DNA of 57,434 nucleotides from the NCBI GenBank assembly GCA_032718475.1, contig JAUCBJ010005973.1, positions 1 through 57,434 on the forward strand. The letters are read 5' to 3'. The number at the start of each line of letters is the position of its first letter. Position 1 is the stretch's first letter. This DNA is from Nemertoderma westbladi. Lineage: Eukaryota; Animalia; Xenacoelomorpha. The notes beneath the pieces are model-generated. The model was not told where the DNA came from. It saw only the letters and a program-made list of their open reading frames with translations, and made no database searches. The position numbers were made by a program, and so were the translations under genes. Of the stretch, positions 50,472 through 57,434 are shown one piece after another.

Positions 50472-51048
50472 CAGATAATTGTAGGCCGGACTGTTGTCGG
50501 ATTGTTGTTGGGTTTGGAGAGATTACTGCGTGTGTAGAGTTTGTCCGATAGAGTGCCAGATAGTAAGTTGGGGCAGCCATAGCTGTAAGGTCAATCCCCT
50601 CTTAAAGAATAAGTTGTACTACCGTGTTAGAACGCATACTAACTAACCATTTTGGAATCTGCACATACTGTAGTTTATTTAGGCTTGACAGTATTCTGCT
50701 AGCGTTTAGGCCTGTGTTTGTTTGTGTGGTCTGTTCAGGTACCGTAATAGTTATTACTCAGATATTTTGTAGGCTAGATTGTTGTCTAGCTATTATTAGG
50801 TCTGAAGAGATTGCTGCGTGTGTAGAGTTTGTCTGATAAAGTGCCAGTTAGTAAGTTGGGGCAGCCATAGCTGTAAGGTCAATCCCCTCTTAAAGAATAA
50901 GTCGTACTACCGTGTTAGAACGCATACTAACTAACCATTTCGGAATCTACACGTACGGTAGTTTATTTAGGCTTGGTGGTAGTCTGCCAGCGTTTGGTTT
51001 GTATTTGTTTGAGTATTCTGTACGGGTAGCGTAATATTTATTATTCAG
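50472..51048. repeat. ~288-bp tandem duplication in the BEL LTR/leader
   Basis: AGAGATT(A/G)CTGCGTGTGTAGAGTTTG at 50518 and 50806, with long shared blocks. Confidence 0.9.
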
Positions 51049-52339
51049 AGTTTATGCGATTATTCGCAACATTCAATGTCCCCAAGTTTATTCCTACAGT
51101 AATTGTTCTTGTTACACATACCGTTATAGTTAAATTAACCCCGGTACTACACGGGCTGCTTGGCGTAGGAAAAGACTGGTGACTTTGTGCTCTGGTCACT
51201 CCAGCAGATACCGTGGTTCTTTTAACTGTTCAAGTATATTTAACTACTGATTATTTGTTGTACCAGTACTTGTACCTAATTTAGGGTTTAGTGTACAATG
51301 CTTTCCGAAGTAATTAGTGTGTAGGCAGTATATTTGTGTTGTAAAGTGGTTAATAGGCACGTTGGATCTGGTAGTCCGCGGTAATTAACTTCCAGGTAGG
51401 AACACTCCGTGATACATAACGTAGTACCTATAGCGATACGGCTATAGGTCGTCAGGCGGTGGTATTTTCCTATCTGGACAGTGCAATATATTTACTACTA
51501 CTTATTATTTTCAAATACCGTAGTACCCTGTCCGTTGTAATAACCAGAATTCTAACCCTTTGTTAGGCTGGTTTGTAGACTTCCTGTAAAATTACCCTAA
51601 AAATTTCGTACGTAATATTTTGTTGTGTTTAATTAGAGATTTAATCTCATCCGTATCGTAAGTAATTTGTAGTATTAAGTAACTTAGGTAAATTAGAATT
51701 ATCAGTTTTTAGTGTCCAATAAATAGCACTTCACTGAGAGCGCACAGCTTCTGTGTAGTGACCCCCAGAAATAATAACATTTATTTCAAATATTGACAAA
51801 ACCCCTTTTAAACGGGTATATAAATATTATAAATCAACTCAAACGATTTATAAATAGTAGGCCTGCCATACAACAACTAGGTCTCAATATCAGTTGGACT
51901 ACTGCTTAAATAACGGTAATAAAGTAAGTTAAAGTAACCAAGTAACCCTAAAATATTCAGAAATTCAATTATTCTAAAATAATTGACATACCGGTATTTA
52001 CCATAGGCTTATTATATTTATTTCTATAAATTTGTGCTGAAATCATACCGGTATTCTGTAATTAATTCTAGTTCATAATTATACTTATATATACTATAAG
52101 TGTAAGCTGCATTCCGGTATTCACGATAGGCCTATTATATATTTATATATATTTGTGCTATAATTATATACCGGTACTCTGTGACAAAACTAGTTACAAT
52201 ACTTATATATATTATAAGTGTATACCGGTATTCTAATATACTGTAATAAATTACCGGTACTAGGCCAACGGTCATACTGAATTACTAGACTTGCTTTAAC
52301 TGTGACTATAGCAGTAAGCATTCAACTGTATAGCTAAAC

Positions 52340-55300
52340 ATGTCTGACACCCAGCAAAACCTGTCAGACAGTCTAATCGATACAACCATCTGTGACACAG
52401 ATAGGAGTGTGGAGCGATTAAGAAAGGAGTTCAGCTCACCTCCTACTGAAAGAAAGGTCGTCCCTCCAGTAGTAGTGTCAGACCCTAAGCTAATCCAACA
52501 CCGTAGGTCTATCATCGGCACTCGGGCCCAAGTCAAACGGAACCAGGAAGCAGCTGTCCAGCAGCAGCAACAGCCTAGTCAAGAAACTCGTTTCCAGCGA
52601 TCCGATAGCTCCAGTAGTTCGGATACTGTAGAGCTGACCCCCGAACGCGGAGTGCAGATGGCGGCTACAGCCTACTCGGATCCCCTTCTCACCCTTCCTG
52701 CCGCAGTGCTAACTACTATATTGATTGCGGTGGAGGAACATCAAGCCGATTGGGCGAGAAGTAAGAGAGCGACCCAAGATAGTTATGCGGGATACGCCAG
52801 GGAAGAATTGATGTCTATTGTCGAGTCACAATGGAACTTTCCCGGACCCGGACTCCCGTTAGATTTGTCCGAAGCTACTTGGGAAGATATACACAGGATG
52901 GGAGTGACTAAAGATACAATGGATCCAGCTGTTTGGAAGAGGTCGGCAGCAGGATATGTGCAGGGATTCTTCGGCTCCTTAGAGCGATTAGAAGAACAAC
53001 TGTTTCGACAACCCCAAGGACCTCAAGAGCAGGATGAGCTGCTATATCAAGTACGCGAAAGAACCCTACGCATTAGACTAATCTTGTCAGCCTTTGAGGA
53101 AACTTCCAAAAGAAGACAGGACACGTCGCTGCAGGTTGCTGTCAAGACTTGGTTTCAGCGGGTAAGTCTCAAAGTACAAGAAACTGCCCAGTGGAAATCC
53201 CAGCTGGCTGAGAGACCAACCTATGAAGAACCAACCGATCCCACCCTTTCTCAAGCGGAAAGCGAAGTGACAGCAGAGAGACCGCGAACTAGAGACGCTA
53301 TCGACATTTATCTGTCCGACTATCAGCGATTCCTAGGAGACGAAGAGTTGAGGAGACGGCTGTCTGGACTTTCCCCTAATAGTGAAGGAACCCAACTTGT
53401 GTTGGACGCAATCGATACTGAGATGATAGCTGCGGACCAAGCTAAATTTGATGAACGTCTCCGCATAGCTAGAGCTCAAGAAGAACAAGTAAAGAAAAGG
53501 CGGATTGAAGACAAAAAGGCAGCAGCAATAGCAGCGGCAATGACAACAGCAGAAGCAGACAGAAAGGCGGAAAGAAAAGCAGCAGAAGCAGCGGCCGAAG
53601 CGGAAATAAAAGCGGCGGAGGCAAAAGCAGAAGCAGACAGAAAGGCGGCAGAAGCAGCGGCCGAAGCGGAAATAAAAGCGGCGGAGGCAAAAGCAGAAGC
53701 AGACAGAAAGGTGGAAAGAAAGGCGGCGGAGGCAGTGGCAGAAGCAGAACGGAGAGCGTCTGAGGAGACCGCCCAGCTGGAGTTAGAAAATCTGCAGGAG
53801 ACGCAAGACAGCATCGGTAGGCAGTTAACAGACAGGCGAATGCAGATGATGAGTCGATCTACTTCCAAACGCCAAGGCTATACATCATCGGAGGAAGGGG
53901 ATACCACCGATCCTGAAGGTGGAGGAAATCAATCTCGTCTCAGTAGACGTAGAAGAACATCTCACCGTCATAAATTGCCTGATTTGCCCCCAGCTGTTAG
54001 AAAACAATTAGCTAGCACAACAGTAGGTAGTGCAGTACCCACAGACCGAATTATTACCGTCAACAAACTCCCTACTATAACAGATGAGCCTGAAATAATT
54101 AGGCCTTTTCTCGAAGCCACCCCTTCGGTGCTAGAGACACCTGTACTCCCTGAAACAAACTCTAAATTCCATTTACACAGTACTACACTGCATGTACCCG
54201 GTAGAACAGTCCGTGAGAATATCCCTGTCCTGGACGCTGAGAGAGAAATCAAAGATTTGTCTCCCGTCGTCCCGCGTCAGCCCGCTACAATGTTGGCGAC
54301 TCCCGCTTCGGCGGTCGAGTGGGTAGAGGAGGGACGGCGGGGGATGAATCTCCTGCTCGGACAGATGCAGGAGACTGTCCACCAACTTAAGGGAACAGTA
54401 AGGGAAGGTAGGGCCGAATTACAAGAAGTGCAACAAAGTATCGCGCTAGAATGCGACAAATTAGTCAATATACAAAAGGCGATACCAATACCCCCTGTAA
54501 CATTGTGTCAACCTGTTAGGTCTGAAGTATTACATGCGCAAGGTGTGGAGCCTACACGCATCTATACTGCTAGTGAAGTAGAAACTCCTATAGCAAACCC
54601 TATTAAGGGTGATTATAAACCTGTTGTTAATGATGTTCCCTATAGACCTGATAATGATCCGAGAAATTTATATACCGATAATTCGATATTAAATAACACA
54701 ATGGCCCAAGAAAGCTTTACGCGTCAGATGGCTAGAACAGAAGCCCGCCAAGCGGTCAAAGTGGGAGAGATCATCAAATTCAATGGAGATGAGATGAAAT
54801 GGTTACCTTTCAATGAATATTACAAAGACAGCATACAGAACTCTGTACTATCTAACGGAGAGAAACTTAGGTTCCTCATCAAGTGCTTGGAAGGACCTCC
54901 CAAGTTAATGGCGTTAAAGTTCATTGGACATCCAGAAGGATTAAGACAAGTTTGGGATACATTAAACATCAGGTATGGTAACAAGGATAACATAGCTAAG
55001 TATTTGTATGCAAAATTAGTAGCCCCCCGACACTTCCTTAGTAGCGGGATTATAGAGTTTTCCGATGAGATTCAGGAGATCTGTAGACAATTGGACTGGT
55101 TAGGTAAGTCTCAGGAATATCAGAGTTCCATGGTTATTGGAGCCGTAGTCTCTACTTTACCAAAGGGTGGAGTATGTACACGCTGGGACAAGAAAGTGTT
55201 GTACATGAATGAACAACAACAACGAAGCACTACCATGGCGGATCTCATGTCCTTCTTAGATGGTGAAGTAAAACTACAACTCATCAAGCAGTCCAGAGAG

Positions 55301-56317
55301 AAAACATCGGAAAATAAGGTAAGTGAGAAACCCGCTTCTAGGAGAAGAGTAACACCAGTGTGTTACACTGACGACGGCGAAAGCCAAGCTTCTCAAGAAG
55401 AGGACAGCGGGAAAGACACAGTGAAATCTTACTATGACAACAAGACCTATAAAGACGTAAGTAAATACAAGTCTCGAACCAGTGACAGGAGAGAACAGGT
55501 AACAACAACTCCTCCTACGTCTCCTAAGAGAATTCACGGAAGAAAGCCCAAAGAAAGAACGAGAGTGCATAACGTTACCCAAGGTAAAGTGAGTAACATC
55601 AAACCAAAATGTGCGCTGTGCGACGGGCCCCACCGTTTGAGTGCGTGTGCTGAATTTCTAAAGAAATCCCTTGTAGACAGACGTGCAGTCCTGTGGAATA
55701 AGCGGTTATGCTATAATTGCCTCAGATCAGGACACCAACGGCGAACCTGTTACTCCGACGTAAAGTGTGCAAAGTGTGGCGCGAAACATCACATCTTGTT
55801 ACACAGTGAGTTCGAACGAGACAACCCGAGTCAGGTAAGTGAGCCCGAACTACATGTCCAATTCAGTGATGTAAATGACACTGATCAAGAATCTGAGATG
55901 GAAGGATTCTATACGGACGAATTCTCCGACGCCAACGAATCCTGTTACCTAATAAATACCGCAGTGTATCGAGCACTTACGCATGAAAAGGACACCAACA
56001 ATGAGTTCCCCCCAACTACCTTTGACAGACAACCATCTTGGAAAGCTCCAACTTCCAACGTAGGAATCAGAGAATTTCCTGTAGTGCAGGTAAGAGTTCA
56101 CGGTCCTAACAAAAGTTACATAGTGAACGCCCTCCTTGACTCCGGCAGCACAGGAACATTCATCGATCAAGAACTAGCCGAAGATATCTTTGCTGGACAA
56201 CCCAAATTCCGGACTAAATTGAATATGTCAGGAATTATGCAGGTTTGGAAATCTACCCTAACGGCAGATTACTATGTAGGTGTGTTGTCCACCCCCCAGG
56301 ATAAATTAGGTCGGTAA
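52340..56317 (+). CDS. gag: BEL/Pao Gag and aspartic protease, 1325 aa
   Basis: DUF1759-like KFNGDEMKW..F...SNGEKLRFL..CLEG...YGN; three knuckles CALCDGPH...C, CYNCLRSGH....C and CAKCGAKHHILLH; protease ALLDSGS. Confidence 0.92.
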   Translation: MSDTQQNLSDSLIDTTICDTDRSVERLRKEFSSPPTERKVVPPVVVSDPKLIQHRRSIIGTRAQVKRNQEAAVQQQQQPSQETRFQRSDSSSSSDTVELTPERGVQMAATAYSDPLLTLPAAVLTTILIAVEEHQADWARSKRATQDSYAGYAREELMSIVESQWNFPGPGLPLDLSEATWEDIHRMGVTKDTMDPAVWKRSAAGYVQGFFGSLERLEEQLFRQPQGPQEQDELLYQVRERTLRIRLILSAFEETSKRRQDTSLQVAVKTWFQRVSLKVQETAQWKSQLAERPTYEEPTDPTLSQAESEVTAERPRTRDAIDIYLSDYQRFLGDEELRRRLSGLSPNSEGTQLVLDAIDTEMIAADQAKFDERLRIARAQEEQVKKRRIEDKKAAAIAAAMTTAEADRKAERKAAEAAAEAEIKAAEAKAEADRKAAEAAAEAEIKAAEAKAEADRKVERKAAEAVAEAERRASEETAQLELENLQETQDSIGRQLTDRRMQMMSRSTSKRQGYTSSEEGDTTDPEGGGNQSRLSRRRRTSHRHKLPDLPPAVRKQLASTTVGSAVPTDRIITVNKLPTITDEPEIIRPFLEATPSVLETPVLPETNSKFHLHSTTLHVPGRTVRENIPVLDAEREIKDLSPVVPRQPATMLATPASAVEWVEEGRRGMNLLLGQMQETVHQLKGTVREGRAELQEVQQSIALECDKLVNIQKAIPIPPVTLCQPVRSEVLHAQGVEPTRIYTASEVETPIANPIKGDYKPVVNDVPYRPDNDPRNLYTDNSILNNTMAQESFTRQMARTEARQAVKVGEIIKFNGDEMKWLPFNEYYKDSIQNSVLSNGEKLRFLIKCLEGPPKLMALKFIGHPEGLRQVWDTLNIRYGNKDNIAKYLYAKLVAPRHFLSSGIIEFSDEIQEICRQLDWLGKSQEYQSSMVIGAVVSTLPKGGVCTRWDKKVLYMNEQQQRSTTMADLMSFLDGEVKLQLIKQSREKTSENKVSEKPASRRRVTPVCYTDDGESQASQEEDSGKDTVKSYYDNKTYKDVSKYKSRTSDRREQVTTTPPTSPKRIHGRKPKERTRVHNVTQGKVSNIKPKCALCDGPHRLSACAEFLKKSLVDRRAVLWNKRLCYNCLRSGHQRRTCYSDVKCAKCGAKHHILLHSEFERDNPSQVSEPELHVQFSDVNDTDQESEMEGFYTDEFSDANESCYLINTAVYRALTHEKDTNNEFPPTTFDRQPSWKAPTSNVGIREFPVVQVRVHGPNKSYIVNALLDSGSTGTFIDQELAEDIFAGQPKFRTKLNMSGIMQVWKSTLTADYYVGVLSTPQDKLGR

Positions 56318-56319
56318 AA

Positions 56320-57027
56320 ATGGTGGCTATAAAGAACTTCGCTACTACCCAAGCAGACCTTTATAATTGGGACGAGGATGAGAGCATCCAACATCTTAAG
56401 ATACCTCGATTCCAGACAGATTATCCTGGAGTGCAAATACTCATCGGCCAAAACGCGCATGAGGCGCTCGAGACATTGGAGAAACGGCCTGCTCAACCGC
56501 AGCCACTACAAACCTATGCGGTAAGAACTAGAGTAGGTTGGTACTTCACTGGCCCTTCCCGTAGAACTCTCAAAGAGAGATTACCTCAACAACAGGTATA
56601 CCAAGTAAAGGAATGGGAAGTGGAGAGCAGTGATGTGGACGATCCAACTGAGGAAACACCATACTCCTCAGATAATGACGATATTAACTCCAATGTAGAT
56701 CAATGGAGACATTGCCTTGGGACGATTAATCCAGCCGACATCGCTTCCAGAGGAGCAACTCCTCAAGAACTGATAGATACTCCAGGCTGGTTAGGTGGAT
56801 CCGACTTCTTAAGTAAAGAAGAAGAAGAATGGCCTCCTCATCTTACCCCGGTGAAGATTAGACAGGCCAAGGGAGCGGAGAAAGTAACACAACAACTCAA
56901 TCGCCCAGCTAGTCGTTTATGTTTACTGGAAAGAGACCGAAAACTGTCCGGAAACTATGGAAGGCAAGATACTCTTCCTACGACCACTTCCCTAATCCGA
57001 CAAATATCTAGGGACTCCATAACTTAA
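56320..57027 (+). pseudogene. BEL pol remnant: protease tail fused to the RNase H C-terminus
   Basis: VQILIGQN...YAVRTRVGW is followed within about 50 aa by QWRHCLGTINPADIASRG...W..G..FL...WP. No RT or integrase motifs. Confidence 0.85.
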
Positions 57028-57045
57028 TAACATATGGAGTGGGCG

Positions 57046-57434
57046 TGTGACTATATCATTTTATATTTGTTTTCATTTTATATTTATGTATGTATTATTA
57101 TGTAATTTTATTATAATCGTTTCCTTTAATTTTATTTAGTAGAATGTTATTTTAGTGATTATTTAGTAGATTAGTGCAATATATTAGTGTTTATTACGTA
57201 CGTAATTACTTATAATATATATTTAGTGCGACGGCGAGAAATAATTATTTTTCTCTTTCCTTACTGTCCGTATCATATTATAAATACGTGACTACAGTAA
57301 GATGAAATGTCCGTACTTATTAAAGTACAATAAAGCCACTACTATATTCAAGTATTATTGGTAGGCAGAGTATTAGGAATGCAAAGTTCAGATCCTCGTG
57401 TCTCAACTAAACCAAGCTAGACCTTGGAAACGAC
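57046..57434 (+). repeat. Probable start of the BEL 3' LTR
   Basis: TGT directly follows a purine-rich tract just after the ORF stop. No matching 5' copy is visible in the window. Confidence 0.55.

Larger units (their letters stand above)
48870..57434 (+). mobile_element. BEL/Pao LTR retrotransposon, internally deleted; 5' LTR truncated, 3' LTR runs off the window
   Basis: BEL-type gag and protease, RNase H tail, purine tract GGAGTGGGCG then TGTGAC at 57046. A CCAAT/TCAGTT promoter-like region lies at 49220-49400. Confidence 0.85.

Noticed and set aside
53469-54468. Antisense ORFs over BEL gag, and similar shadows over the Gypsy and LINE ORFs
   Set aside because: Opposite-strand shadows of real ORFs with no independent motifs.

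Overview
AT-rich eukaryotic (metazoan-like, probably invertebrate) DNA made almost entirely of nested transposable elements. No prokaryotic operon, CRISPR array or rRNA is visible. From left to right it holds: an intact, very young Ty3/Gypsy LTR retrotransposon (identical LTRs, single 1486-aa gag-pol) inserted in one arm of a foldback element; three families of foldback/Mutator-like elements whose inverted arms are built from minisatellites (GG...CC termini, 8-bp target duplications where both ends are visible); a Harbinger transposase relic; a HECT-domain relic; several RTE-clade LINE copies; a Helitron-N and MITEs; and a probable host exon encoding a neuropeptide-precursor-like protein (28580-28846, minus). 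It also holds a ~9.3-kb L2/CR1-group LINE, a CMC/EnSpm-like non-autonomous element, and an internally deleted BEL/Pao element with a very long Gag. The most novel-looking item is the LINE. Once a nested RTE is removed at its 13-bp TSD, its ORF1 carries a Ulp1/SENP-type (C48) cysteine-protease domain, with nine 34-aa repeats upstream. All family assignments come from manual motif reading, not database searches.
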